DNA of 32,000 nt from Synechococcus elongatus PCC 6301 (lineage in GTDB: Bacteria; Cyanobacteriota; Cyanobacteriia; Synechococcales; Synechococcaceae), in NCBI RefSeq assembly GCF_000010065.1, contig NC_006576.1, positions 1,770,001-1,802,000 of the forward strand, read 5' to 3'. Shown here piece after piece: positions 17,660-26,486 of this stretch. Position 1 is the first letter of the stretch. Every line of letters begins with the position of its first letter. The notes beneath the pieces were generated by a model that searched no databases, was not told where the DNA came from, and saw only the letters and a program-made list of their open reading frames with translations. Made by a program: the position numbers and the translations under genes.

Positions 17660-17736
17660 CGAGGCAAGTGGTAGGAATCGCCCTTGAAGCGATCGCGAGT
17701 GAGTGAATTTACGGTGTGGGTGTGAGGTTTCGAACA

Positions 17737-20052
17737 ATGCAAGCTTGGAAAATTTTGGGGAGTGGATTGGTTCTTGGAACTGCCGCGATCGCGGGGCAGC
17801 CATCACCAGTCTGGGCCCAAGCCGCATCGACCATCGCGGCAAATCCGTCGGCAACGGAAGTCAATCGGGTTTTGGTGACGCCGACAACGAATGGCATTAG
17901 CCTGTCTTTGAGTACAACGGGTACTCAGGCACCACAAGCCTTTTCAACTAATCTCGATAAGGTCTGGGTGACGGATCTGATCGGCGCTCGCCTCAATCTG
18001 CCGGAGGGTAAGAGCTTTACTCAGCCGAACCCGGTACCTGGGATCGAGTCGATCGCAGTTTCCCAAGTGAGTGAAAACGGCGTTCGGATCGTTGTGACCG
18101 GTAGCGATCGCCCGCCGATTGTGACTAACAGCAGTCGGAATGGTGGGAGCTTGCAGTTTGAACTCAGTACTCAGACTGCGATCGCAGCCGCACCTAGCCC
18201 CAGTGCTCCACTAGTCGGTGCTGCTCCCCGACCCAACCTGCGTCCCCCTGCGGCCCCGGCCCCGCAGCGGACTGCCCAAGCGACGCCCCCGACGCCAATT
18301 CCAGTCAGCCCAGCACCACAGCCGCCGGTCCAACCCCTAGACCCTCGGCAAGTACTGCAACCGACGCCATCCCCTGCGCCAGGACAACTCCCTCCCCTCC
18401 AGCCTCGGGCCGTTGCACCGCCTTTGGGTGATATTGCGATCTCCAACACAGTGCCCCAAGGCACTGCTGTCACCTTCCCGAATGCGCGTCCCGTCCCTCG
18501 CATTGCCTTGCGTAATGCTTCCGCGCGGGAAGTACTCAGCATCATTGCAACGTCTGCTGGGTTAAACCTTGTCTATCTTGATAGCAACGGCCAGCCAACT
18601 GCTGCGGCCCCAGTGGTTAGTAATGAGCCGAAAGTGAGTGTTGATCTGCAAAATATTGATGCTCAGTCAGCCTTTAACTACGTTCTTCAGATTGCTGGGT
18701 TGCAGGCTAGCCGTCGCGATAATGTCATTCTGGTCGGGAGAAACCTGCCGCCCTCTGCTGGTGGGTTAGTTTCCCGGACTTTCCGCCTCAACCAAGCAGT
18801 CGCTCAAAACGTAGCGGGCTATCTCACGACTTTAGGGGCTAACTCAGTCGTTTCCTTTACTAAAAAAGTCTGTGTCTCGACTGGTGTGCAGGATACAACT
18901 GCAACAGGTGGCGGCGCGGGCACTGGCGCAGGACAAGGTCAGATTCAAACCCTCAGTCAGACTTCGGCTCAATGTTTTGATGAGCCGGAAGTCAAGGAGC
19001 TCAAAGTTCCTGGCACTCCAGCCGGCCCATTACCCCTCAAAAACATTTCAATCACCGCAGATATTCGAACGAACAGCCTCTCAATCGTGGGCGATCCCCA
19101 AGCAATCAACTTTGCGACAGGTTTAATTCAACAGCTTGACCTTCGAAAAAGACAAGCTTCAGTCAATGTTAAGGTTATTGACCTTGACTTGAATGACCTC
19201 AATGCGATCGCGACTAGTTTCTCCTTTGGAATTGGCAACACCCTATTCTCGGGAAGTGGCGGTCTGAGAACGACCGTAATTGATAATGCGGGCTCAGTGA
19301 TCCAGCCCCCAAATGACAGTGTCTTTAACCCCAGTAACTTACCAGCAGGGATTAACCCAGCGAATCCCTTGTTGGCCTTGCCGAATCAATTGACCAATAA
19401 TTTCCTTGGTGCTTTATCTGCATCAATTATCAACAACAAAACTAAGTTGCTGACTGACCCCACCTTAATCATTCAGGAAGGAGAAAGAAGCGAAGTCAAA
19501 CTGACTAGTCAGGTTGTTCAAAAGATTGAATCAGAGACTACAACCAACGGCAGTGGCCCGCCAACCGTTAGCCGAACCATTGACCTTGCAGATGTTGGTC
19601 TACAGTTAACCATCAACATTGAACGAATTGATGACAATGGCTTCATTACTCTCACAGTCTTGCCAGCCATTTCATCGCCACAAGATGTTGTGACTTTTGG
19701 TGATCCCAACACCAATGGTGTCTTGACAACCCTGATTAAGAAGCGGGAGGTTTCATCGGGCAAAATTCGCTTGAGAGACAGTCAAACGCTCATTCTGTCG
19801 GGGATCATCCAAGATGAAGAGCGGGAGCGAGTTGCTAAGATTCCTCTCCTGGGAGATTTGCCACTGATCGGTTCCCTCTTTCGCACCTCTTATACCGATC
19901 GCCAGCGGCGAGAAGTTGTGGTGGTGATTACACCGAAGATTTTGGCCGATACGGATGCCACGGTCTTCGGCTATGGCTATCAGCCCAGCCCCCCTGCTCA
20001 ATCAGTGCTGAACAACACGTTGCAAACTCCCACGGTCGCTCCGCTGCCCTAG
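17737..20052 (+). CDS. pilQ: Type IV pilus secretin PilQ
   Basis: ATG at 17737 gives a clean signal peptide (MQAWKILGSGLVLGTAAIAGQPSPVWAQ). An alternative GTG lies at 17716. The C-terminal secretin domain carries IPLLGDLPLIGSLFR. A Pro-rich linker follows the N-terminal AMIN-like domain. Confidence 0.93.
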   Translation: MQAWKILGSGLVLGTAAIAGQPSPVWAQAASTIAANPSATEVNRVLVTPTTNGISLSLSTTGTQAPQAFSTNLDKVWVTDLIGARLNLPEGKSFTQPNPVPGIESIAVSQVSENGVRIVVTGSDRPPIVTNSSRNGGSLQFELSTQTAIAAAPSPSAPLVGAAPRPNLRPPAAPAPQRTAQATPPTPIPVSPAPQPPVQPLDPRQVLQPTPSPAPGQLPPLQPRAVAPPLGDIAISNTVPQGTAVTFPNARPVPRIALRNASAREVLSIIATSAGLNLVYLDSNGQPTAAAPVVSNEPKVSVDLQNIDAQSAFNYVLQIAGLQASRRDNVILVGRNLPPSAGGLVSRTFRLNQAVAQNVAGYLTTLGANSVVSFTKKVCVSTGVQDTTATGGGAGTGAGQGQIQTLSQTSAQCFDEPEVKELKVPGTPAGPLPLKNISITADIRTNSLSIVGDPQAINFATGLIQQLDLRKRQASVNVKVIDLDLNDLNAIATSFSFGIGNTLFSGSGGLRTTVIDNAGSVIQPPNDSVFNPSNLPAGINPANPLLALPNQLTNNFLGALSASIINNKTKLLTDPTLIIQEGERSEVKLTSQVVQKIESETTTNGSGPPTVSRTIDLADVGLQLTINIERIDDNGFITLTVLPAISSPQDVVTFGDPNTNGVLTTLIKKREVSSGKIRLRDSQTLILSGIIQDEERERVAKIPLLGDLPLIGSLFRTSYTDRQRREVVVVITPKILADTDATVFGYGYQPSPPAQSVLNNTLQTPTVAPLP

Positions 20053-20149
20053 TTGTTGCACGCGATCGCTACCTGCATGACCTCTCCTTCTCGAGAGATG
20101 GATGTAGGTAGCGATCCTTCAGCACTGGCTACCCGATTCATTCGACACT

Positions 20150-20188
20150 AAAAATCCCTCCCACAGGAAACTCTGGCGAGGGATTTTT
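20150..20188. terminator. Bidirectional terminator between convergent pilQ and the peroxiredoxin gene
   Basis: AAAAATCCCTC ... GAGGGATTTTT. The stem TCCCTC/GAGGGA has further imperfect pairing (CCACAG/CTCTGG). It is flanked by an A-run on one side and a T-run on the other. Confidence 0.6.
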
Positions 20189-20223
20189 GATGCAGAAGAA
20201 GAGCCTATCAGGACTCTTGAAAT

Positions 20224-20859
20224 CTAGCGGTTGGGTTGCGGGGTCAAACGCAGGTAAGGCTTCACTTCCGTGACACCTTTGGGGAATTGCTCACGCGCTT
20301 GTTCCGTAGGAATCGACGGCACAACAACAACGTCATCGCCATCGTTCCAGTTAGCCGGCGTCGCAACGCTGTAGTTGTCGGTCAGTTGCAGCGAGTCGAT
20401 GACTCGCAGCAACTCATCGAAGTTACGGCCAGCGCTGGCAGGATAGGTCAGAGTCAACCGCAGCTTTTTGTTGGGGTCGATGATGAACACCGATCGCACT
20501 GTCAGGGTGTTATTTGCGTTGGGGTGGATCATGTCGTACAGATCCGACACCTTGCGATCGGGATCTGCCAAGATCGGGTAGTTGACTTGGGTGCCTTGGG
20601 TTTCGTTGATATCGCCAATCCAGCCTTTGTGCGATTCGACGTCATCGACGCTCAGTGCGATCGGCTTGACGTTGCGCTTGGCAAATTCCTCTTCGAGCTT
20701 AGCGACGGTGCCCAACTCAGTCGTGCAAACGGGAGTGTAGTCGGCAGGGTGCGAGAACAGGATGACCCAGCTATCTCCGGCCCAATCGTAGGAGTTGATT
20801 TCGCCTTCACTGGACTGCTGAGTAAAGTTGGGGACGGTATCGCCGAGACGAAGAGACAT
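20224..20859 (-). CDS. 1-Cys peroxiredoxin (Prx6 type)
   Basis: MSLRLGDTVPNFT..., WVILFSHPADYTPVCTTELG is the peroxidatic Cys motif. The 211-aa length is typical of 1-Cys Prx. Confidence 0.95.
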   Translation of the reverse strand: MSLRLGDTVPNFTQQSSEGEINSYDWAGDSWVILFSHPADYTPVCTTELGTVAKLEEEFAKRNVKPIALSVDDVESHKGWIGDINETQGTQVNYPILADPDRKVSDLYDMIHPNANNTLTVRSVFIIDPNKKLRLTLTYPASAGRNFDELLRVIDSLQLTDNYSVATPANWNDGDDVVVVPSIPTEQAREQFPKGVTEVKPYLRLTPQPNR

Positions 20860-20880
20860 AGAAGCTCCTGGCAGAACAAT

Positions 20881-20895
20881 CAGACAGTCTGTCTG
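20881..20895. promoter_or_regulatory. Perfect 15-nt palindrome CAGACAGTCTGTCTG in the peroxiredoxin leader / hflX 3' region
   Basis: Seen directly, 22-36 nt upstream of the prx start codon on the minus strand. It could be an operator, a leader hairpin or an hflX terminator stem. Confidence 0.3.
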
Positions 20896-20956
20896 TATCC
20901 AATTATGCCATCAATACTCCGGTAATTCCTGGGGGAATCTGAACATTCCTTAATGA

Positions 20957-22564
20957 TTAGTGAGTGCGGGCATAATGAACCAGTTGTCCTAATCGCTGTC
21001 GAAGGGTTTCGAGTCCCAAGCCCCGAGAAGCTGAGAGAAAAACGGCCTGCGGATATTCGGCTTGAGCGATTGCCAAGGTTTCACTGGTTGCTGCGTCGAT
21101 TTTATTAAAGGCCAACAAAATTGGGCCTGGCGTCACCGGCATTTCTCGCAAAATGCTCATGACTGACTGGATTTGGGCGTACCAAGCCGGGTGAGACAGA
21201 TCAACAAGGTGCAGCAGCGCATCCGCTTCTGTGACTTCTTCGAGGGTGGCACGGAAGGCGTCGACCAAGGGGGGCGGCAGCTCGTGAATAAAGCCCACCG
21301 TATCGGTCAGCAGGACCACGTCTGGTTCTGACCCTGGGTTGGCATTGAGTACCAGCCGTCGGGTGGTCGGGTCAAGGGTCGCAAACAGCTGGTCGGCTGC
21401 GTAGACCTCTGCTTGGGTGAGGATGTTGAGCAGCGTTGACTTGCCAGCATTGGTGTAGCCCACGATCGCGATCGAAGGTAGGGTCTGGCGATGTTGCCGC
21501 AGCCGCGATCGGTGCGCTTGCAGCTCTATGACTTGACGTTGCAGCCGCGTGATCCGGCGCTGAATCGCGCGGCGTTCCGTCTCCAGTTTGGTCTCGCCCG
21601 GCCCCCGGGTGCCGATGCCGCCGCCTAGGCGCGACAGCGCTTGGCCTTGCCCGGTCAGGCGTGGCAGTTTGTATTCCAACTGGGCTAGTTCGACCTGTAG
21701 TTTGCCTGCACCCGATTGGGCGCGCTGCGCAAAAATATCAAGAATCACCTCGGTACGATCGACGACCCGCAGGCCAATTTCCCGCTCAAGATTTCGAGCT
21801 TGGGCTGGGGAGAGATCGCGATCGAAAGCAACTAGATTGACCCCGAGGGTTTGAGCCGCCAGCGCCACTTCGGCGACTTTTCCCTCACCCACTACCGTTT
21901 GGGGATGGGGCCGCAGGCGTTTTTGCTGGAGGATGGAGGCAACTTCGCCACCCGCTGTTTCGACCAGTCGCTGCAGTTCCAACAACCCTTCTTGGAACCG
22001 GCAATCGCTAATGCCTTGCGTCTTGACACCAACGAGGAGAACGCGATCGCGTCCTTCGGCAACGGCTTGGCTAGTGAGTCCCCGCTGCAGCTCTCCCTCC
22101 AGCGCCTCGACAAATTCAACGCAGGGCTGCTGCGTGAGATCTTCTAAATCCAGCTCCGGCGACACCGTCCAGCGCTGGTCGGGGTGAGCCAGTAAATGAG
22201 CCAGATAGGTTTGAGCAACATAGCCAGTCGCTCCACCGCCTCGTCGGGTTTTGCCTTGGCGAGTCACGCAGAGCCAAATCAGGGCATCCAACCGCTGCAG
22301 CGCCATGGTGGTCAGTGCACCTTCATCCGGTGGCTCTGGACTGAGGCTCGTAGTTAGACAGCGTAACCCGCAGAGACGACCCGCCCCATAGCGCGGCAGT
22401 TCGACTGGCGGAATTCGGGTTTGGCGGACATTGCCGACGCCAACGCGGGTGACATGACCGCGGCGATCGAGGTAGACCGTGATGGGTTGTTCTATATCTG
22501 CACTGATCGCAGCCAGCCGTTCTGCAAATTCTGGAGTCGCCAAGCAATCGAGGCTGAGGCGCAC
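20957..22564 (-). CDS. hflX: GTPase HflX (start uncertain, may lie further upstream)
   Basis: G1 IAIVGYTNAGKSTLLN, G3 DTVGFI, G4 NKID, and the HflX N-domain (VGEGKVAEVA..., LVAFDRDLSPAQARNLE, DRTEVILDIFAQRA, GKLQVELAQL, GPGETKLETERR). There is also a long cyanobacterial-type N-terminal extension. Confidence 0.92.
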   Translation of the reverse strand: MRLSLDCLATPEFAERLAAISADIEQPITVYLDRRGHVTRVGVGNVRQTRIPPVELPRYGAGRLCGLRCLTTSLSPEPPDEGALTTMALQRLDALIWLCVTRQGKTRRGGGATGYVAQTYLAHLLAHPDQRWTVSPELDLEDLTQQPCVEFVEALEGELQRGLTSQAVAEGRDRVLLVGVKTQGISDCRFQEGLLELQRLVETAGGEVASILQQKRLRPHPQTVVGEGKVAEVALAAQTLGVNLVAFDRDLSPAQARNLEREIGLRVVDRTEVILDIFAQRAQSGAGKLQVELAQLEYKLPRLTGQGQALSRLGGGIGTRGPGETKLETERRAIQRRITRLQRQVIELQAHRSRLRQHRQTLPSIAIVGYTNAGKSTLLNILTQAEVYAADQLFATLDPTTRRLVLNANPGSEPDVVLLTDTVGFIHELPPPLVDAFRATLEEVTEADALLHLVDLSHPAWYAQIQSVMSILREMPVTPGPILLAFNKIDAATSETLAIAQAEYPQAVFLSASRGLGLETLRQRLGQLVHYARTH

Positions 22565-22712
22565 TTTGTACAGGCGATCGAGTTGCTTGAGCTGGCTGGG
22601 CTTGAGGCCTTTGAGGTTGCCGTAAATCGTCTCGATAGGACTGAAATCCGTTATAAAGCTACTCCAATTCTAGGAACTGGGGCGATCGCCTGTCGAATTC
22701 TTTTGCAAGAGA

Positions 22713-22934
22713 TTAAGCCGCCTCGGGGGTCGACTCATCGACAAACTCAAATTCGGCAAAGACTTCAGGGTCAACGTGACTCAGGCGACTTTGACCGGCA
22801 ACACGGTCTAATACAAACCCGCGATCGGCCATTTGTCGCAGCAGTTGCGCCGCTTCTTCCAAGCGCTCCGCCATTTGCACAATGCTTTGTGTATCTGCAG
22901 TTAGCGCCCGTTCTTCCCAGGTAAAGTACGGCAT
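22713..22934 (-). CDS. Small acidic hypothetical protein (73 aa)
   Basis: The internal ATG at 22934 (MPYFTWEERAL...) is preferred. The upstream part of the 116-aa ORF looks like translated intergenic sequence. It lies just upstream of hflX on the same strand and is divergent from map. Confidence 0.45.
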   Translation of the reverse strand: MPYFTWEERALTADTQSIVQMAERLEEAAQLLRQMADRGFVLDRVAGQSRLSHVDPEVFAEFEFVDESTPEAA

Positions 22935-23108
22935 GGCGATCGCCCTCTGGCAGGATTTGCCGTCAGTGTAGCGATTGGAATCTGAGTCTGCGGGCGATCG
23001 TGCAGATTCTGACCAAACTGCTCCGATCGCTCGGTTTTTCAATTCATGTTCCTGCGATCGCAAGAGTCAATCTGTTAGCGTTAGGGGAGTTTTCGCCCAG
23101 CCTGCGCA

Positions 23109-23942
23109 ATGAATCTCCTGACCAATTTGCTTGCGCCCGTTGAATCCCCCTCGGGGCCGCGCATCAAAAAACAGCGCCGGGGTGTTGAGATCAAGTCCAG
23201 CCGCGAAATTGACATCATGCGGCAGGCAGGCCGGATTGTGGCAACGGTGCTCAAGGAAGTGTCAGAGCGCGTTGAGCCGGGCATGACCACAGCAGACATT
23301 GATGCCTATGCCGAGCAACGCATTCGCGAGATGGGCGCAACGCCCAGTTTCAAGGGTTACCACGGGTTTCCCGCCTCGATCTGCGCCAGCGTCAACGACG
23401 AAGTGGTGCATGGCATTCCCAATTCGCGCAAAGTGATCCGCGAAGGCGATTTGCTGAAAGTGGATACAGGGGCCTTTTTCCAAGGCTTCCACGGAGACTC
23501 TTGCATCACGATCGCGGTGGGTAGAGTCTCGGCAGAAGCAGAAAAATTGCAGCGAGTGGCTGAAGAAGCGCTGTTCAAAGGGATTGAACAAGTCAAAGCA
23601 GGGGCGTATCTCCTCGATTTGGCCGGAGCCATTCAGGATCACGTCGAGGCGAATGGCTTCAGCATCGTCGAAGACTACACCGGCCATGGTGTCGGTCGGA
23701 ACCTTCACGAAGAACCGTCCGTCTTCAACTACCGGACCCGCAGCCTGCCGAATGTGAAATTGCGGGCTGGTATGACCCTCGCGATCGAGCCGATTCTCAA
23801 TGCGGGCTCCAAGCAGACTCGTACTCTACGCGATAAGTGGACGGTTGTTACCATCGACCGCTCATGGTCGGCTCAATGGGAACACACCGTGCTCGTAACC
23901 GAAGACGGCTACGAAATTCTTACCGATCGCACCAAAGTCTAA
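23109..23942 (+). CDS. map: Type I methionine aminopeptidase
   Basis: [22 protein letters not shown], the metal ligands in [13 protein letters not shown] and [17 protein letters not shown], and [12 protein letters not shown]. Confidence 0.96.
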   Translation: MNLLTNLLAPVESPSGPRIKKQRRGVEIKSSREIDIMRQAGRIVATVLKEVSERVEPGMTTADIDAYAEQRIREMGATPSFKGYHGFPASICASVNDEVVHGIPNSRKVIREGDLLKVDTGAFFQGFHGDSCITIAVGRVSAEAEKLQRVAEEALFKGIEQVKAGAYLLDLAGAIQDHVEANGFSIVEDYTGHGVGRNLHEEPSVFNYRTRSLPNVKLRAGMTLAIEPILNAGSKQTRTLRDKWTVVTIDRSWSAQWEHTVLVTEDGYEILTDRTKV

Positions 23943-23966
23943 CCCTCTATCTTCTGCGAATCTGCA

Positions 23967-23989
23967 GCCCCAGCCCTTTTGGCTGGGGC
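23967..23989 (+). terminator. Stem-loop after map (GCCCCAGCC-CTTTT-GGCTGGGGC)
   Basis: Perfect 9-bp GC-rich stem 25 nt after the map stop. It is followed by AAAAG rather than a T-run. Confidence 0.45.
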
Positions 23990-23996
23990 AAAAGAA

Positions 23997-24048
23997 ATTA
24001 ACCAGACCTTACACAGAGCTTAGGGTCGCCTTAATAGGCTGTTAAACT
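23997..24048 (+). promoter_or_regulatory. Pho-box array (putative SphR/PhoB binding site), five 8-mers with 11-bp phasing
   Basis: ATTAACCA (23997), CTTACACA (24008), CTTAGGGT (24019), CTTAATAG (24030) and GTTAAACT (24041). All are spaced exactly 11 bp apart and match the cyanobacterial Pho box PyTTAAPyPy(T/A). A -10-like TAGGAT lies at 24057-24062, upstream of sphX. Confidence 0.7.
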
Positions 24049-24094
24049 TGCCTGCCTAGGATAAGCGTTGTGCCTTCCTCAAAGTAAGTTTTTC

Positions 24095-25108
24095 ATGACG
24101 ACCCTCAAGCCTGCACTGCGTCGTGCTGCTGTACTCCTGCCGATCGCTGCTGTCGCTTCGTCCCTTTTCCCTATCCAAGAGGCAAGCGCTCAGCGTGCAC
24201 TAGTGACTGCTGACGGTTCTAGCACTGTTTTCCCAATCTCCGAAGCAGTGGCTGAAGAGTTCCAAAAACGCAATAAAAACATCAACGTCACTGTCGGCGT
24301 CTCTGGTACTGGTGGTGGCTTTAAGCGTTTCTGCAACGGTGAAATTGACATCGCCAACGCTTCTCGCCCCATCAAGAAAGAAGAAGTTGAAGCTTGCCGT
24401 AAAAAGGGCATTCGCTACATCGAGCTGCCCGTCGCTTTTGATGCGTTGACGGTTGTAGTCAACAAGTCCAATCCAGTCAACAGCATCACCACTGCTGAGT
24501 TGGCGAAGATCTTTGGCCGCGATGCCGAGAAAAAAACAACCAACTGGCGTCAAGTCAAATCCAGCTTCCCCAATCTGCCTTTGAGAGTCTACGCACCGGG
24601 TACTGACTCGGGCACTTACGATTACTTCAACGAGGCAATCCTCAATAAGAAAGGAACTCGGGGCGACCTAACTGCCAGTGAGGATGACAACATTCTGGTG
24701 CAAGGGGTGTCGCGCGATCGCGGTGGTATTGGCTTCTTTGGTTTCTCCTACTACGAAGAGAACAAAGGTAAGCTCAAAGCACTTGCTGTTGTTAACAGCA
24801 ACGGCAAGGCTGTGATGCCTTCTGTCCAAAACGTGCTGAATGGCACTTACGACCCGCTGGCTCGCCCTGTCTTCATCTATGTCAGCGAGCAGGCAGCCAA
24901 AAAAGCAAACGTCAGATCGTTTGTGAACTTCTACCTGCAGAATGCAGGCAAGTTGTCGCGGGAAGTAGGATTTGTGCCGTTGCCAGCCAAAGCTTACACC
25001 GCTGCCACCCAGCGCTTCAGAAGCAACAAAACTGGCACGGTTTTTGCAGGCAAGAGCCTTGTCGGTGGTTCGATCGAAGACCTACTCAAAGCTGAAGGCA
25101 TCAACTGA
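24095..25108 (+). CDS. sphX: Periplasmic phosphate-binding protein, PstS family (SphX-like paralogue)
   Basis: [18 protein letters not shown]...[12 protein letters not shown]...ANASRPIK is the PstS/PBP signature. The signal peptide contains an RR pair (ALRRAAVLL). It is the first of two tandem paralogues upstream of pstCAB, as in the sphX-pstS arrangement known from cyanobacteria. ATG at 24095 is preferred over TTG at 24068. Confidence 0.88.
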   Translation: MTTLKPALRRAAVLLPIAAVASSLFPIQEASAQRALVTADGSSTVFPISEAVAEEFQKRNKNINVTVGVSGTGGGFKRFCNGEIDIANASRPIKKEEVEACRKKGIRYIELPVAFDALTVVVNKSNPVNSITTAELAKIFGRDAEKKTTNWRQVKSSFPNLPLRVYAPGTDSGTYDYFNEAILNKKGTRGDLTASEDDNILVQGVSRDRGGIGFFGFSYYEENKGKLKALAVVNSNGKAVMPSVQNVLNGTYDPLARPVFIYVSEQAAKKANVRSFVNFYLQNAGKLSREVGFVPLPAKAYTAATQRFRSNKTGTVFAGKSLVGGSIEDLLKAEGIN

Positions 25109-25135
25109 ATCTTGATGATTCCGATTTAGTTGTTG

Positions 25136-25173
25136 AGGCTAGTAGGTTGAGAAACTTCTCGATTTGCTAGCCT
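25136..25173 (+). terminator. Long imperfect hairpin after sphX
   Basis: AGGCTAG (25136-25142) pairs with CTAGCCT (25167-25173). Additional A-U/G-U pairs and an inner GAGA/TCTC stem are present. It is followed by TT CC TCT. Confidence 0.45.
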
Positions 25174-25263
25174 TTCCTCTGTCTAGAGAAGTGCTGTTCA
25201 ACTTATTATCGAAGCACTTTATTTCTAAAGTTAATGAGAAAATATTGAGGTAACAAGATTTAT

Positions 25264-25326
25264 TTAAAGAGTATTAGAGAGTATTAAAAGTGTTGAGTTC
25301 TTGACCTTAACCGGATCTTTACTTGG
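25264..25326 (+). promoter_or_regulatory. Candidate Pho boxes upstream of pstS
   Basis: The best match is CCTTAACC at 25305-25312. Further TTA-containing 8-mers occur at about 10-12 bp intervals (25264, 25274, 25284, 25319), including the direct repeat GAGTATTA x2 (25270-25277 and 25280-25287). The phasing is less regular than upstream of sphX. Confidence 0.4.
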
Positions 25327-25387
25327 GTAATGCGGAATCCAGCTATGCTTTCCTAGTGTGAGCTTTAGGTAATCAACGGTTAACGTC

Positions 25388-26401
25388 ATGGCTTCCCTAA
25401 AATTCCGACTGCTTGGCCTTGCAACGCTGGCAGTCTTGGCAACTACCGCTTGCAGCTCTGGTGAGCAACAATCAAGCGCTGGCGGTGGTTCTGCCCTCAG
25501 CGGAGACGTCAAAGTCGACGGCTCCAGCACCGTGTTTCCAATCGGGGAAGCTATGGCTGAAGAGTTCCAGAAAAGCAATGGTGATGTGCGTGTCACTGTA
25601 GGAGTTTCTGGTACTGGCGGCGGCTTCAAAAAGTTCTGTGCTGGCGAGACGGATATCTCCAATGCTTCTCGCCCCATCAAATCTTCCGAGATGGAGCTTT
25701 GCCAGAAAAATGGAATTGAATACGTCGAGTTGCCGGTTGCCTACGATGCTCTAAGTGTTGTTGTCAACAACGAAAATAACTTTGCGACCTGCTTGACCCC
25801 GGCTCAACTCAAGACGGCATGGGATGAGGCCGCAGAAGGGAAAATTTCGAATTGGAATCAGATCGATCCGAGCTTCCCTGATACGCCATTGGTTCTCTAT
25901 GGCCCTGGCACTGACTCTGGTACCTACGACTACTTCAAAGAAGCCGTCATCGGCGAAGATGGCACTCGCGGCGACTTCACTGCTTCTGAAGACGACAACA
26001 TCATCGTTCAAGGGGTCGAGCGGAGTCCCGGTGCCATGGGCTTCTTTGGTTTGGCTTACCTCGAAGAAAATGCTGGCAAGCTGAAAGCCCTCAATATCCA
26101 AAACTCGAAAGGCGACTGCGTTGCCCCCAGTGTTGAAACCACGCGGGATGGTAGCTACGAGCCCCTCTCGCGGCCGCTCTTTGTCTACATCGCCAAATCG
26201 GCTCTAGAGAAACCCCAAGTCCAAGCATTTGCCGAATACTTGGTGAACCCGGCCAACGGTAAGCTGGTAGCAGAAGCTGGCTACATTCAGTTGCCAGACG
26301 CTCTCTTACCCAAGGTGGTTGATCGTCTAAAGAATCAAACTACCGGTACCGTTTTTGGTGGCGGTAGCGATGTGGGTGTCAACCTTGCCGAAAAGCTCTA
26401 A
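25388..26401 (+). CDS. pstS: Phosphate-binding protein PstS (probable lipoprotein)
   Basis: [18 protein letters not shown]...[12 protein letters not shown]...SNASRPIK. The N-terminal signal ends in LATTAC-S, which is lipobox-like. It lies directly upstream of pstC. Confidence 0.92.
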   Translation: MASLKFRLLGLATLAVLATTACSSGEQQSSAGGGSALSGDVKVDGSSTVFPIGEAMAEEFQKSNGDVRVTVGVSGTGGGFKKFCAGETDISNASRPIKSSEMELCQKNGIEYVELPVAYDALSVVVNNENNFATCLTPAQLKTAWDEAAEGKISNWNQIDPSFPDTPLVLYGPGTDSGTYDYFKEAVIGEDGTRGDFTASEDDNIIVQGVERSPGAMGFFGLAYLEENAGKLKALNIQNSKGDCVAPSVETTRDGSYEPLSRPLFVYIAKSALEKPQVQAFAEYLVNPANGKLVAEAGYIQLPDALLPKVVDRLKNQTTGTVFGGGSDVGVNLAEKL

Positions 26402-26415
26402 ATAATGAGCCTTGA

Positions 26416-26448
26416 CGAGAAAGCTCGGGTTCCCGAGCTTTCTCGTTT
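26416..26448 (+). terminator. Strong intra-operon hairpin (attenuator/terminator) between pstS and pstC
   Basis: CGAGAAAGCTCGG-GTTC-CCGAGCTTTCTCG is a perfect 13-bp stem (26416-26445) followed by TTT. Confidence 0.7.
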
Positions 26449-26486
26449 GGATTGTGCGATCGCTAAATCCTTTGTTCCTCTGACTT

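Noticed and set aside
20236-20925. 229-aa plus-strand ORF, longer than the peroxiredoxin ORF it overlaps
   Set aside because: The minus-strand product is an unmistakable 1-Cys peroxiredoxin (PVCTTE motif). The plus-strand translation is Arg/Val/Gly-rich with no motif.
22421-22924. 167-aa plus-strand ORF spanning the hflX 5' end and the small acidic protein gene
   Set aside because: It overlaps two better-supported minus-strand coding regions. The hflX frame shows conserved-looking sequence there.
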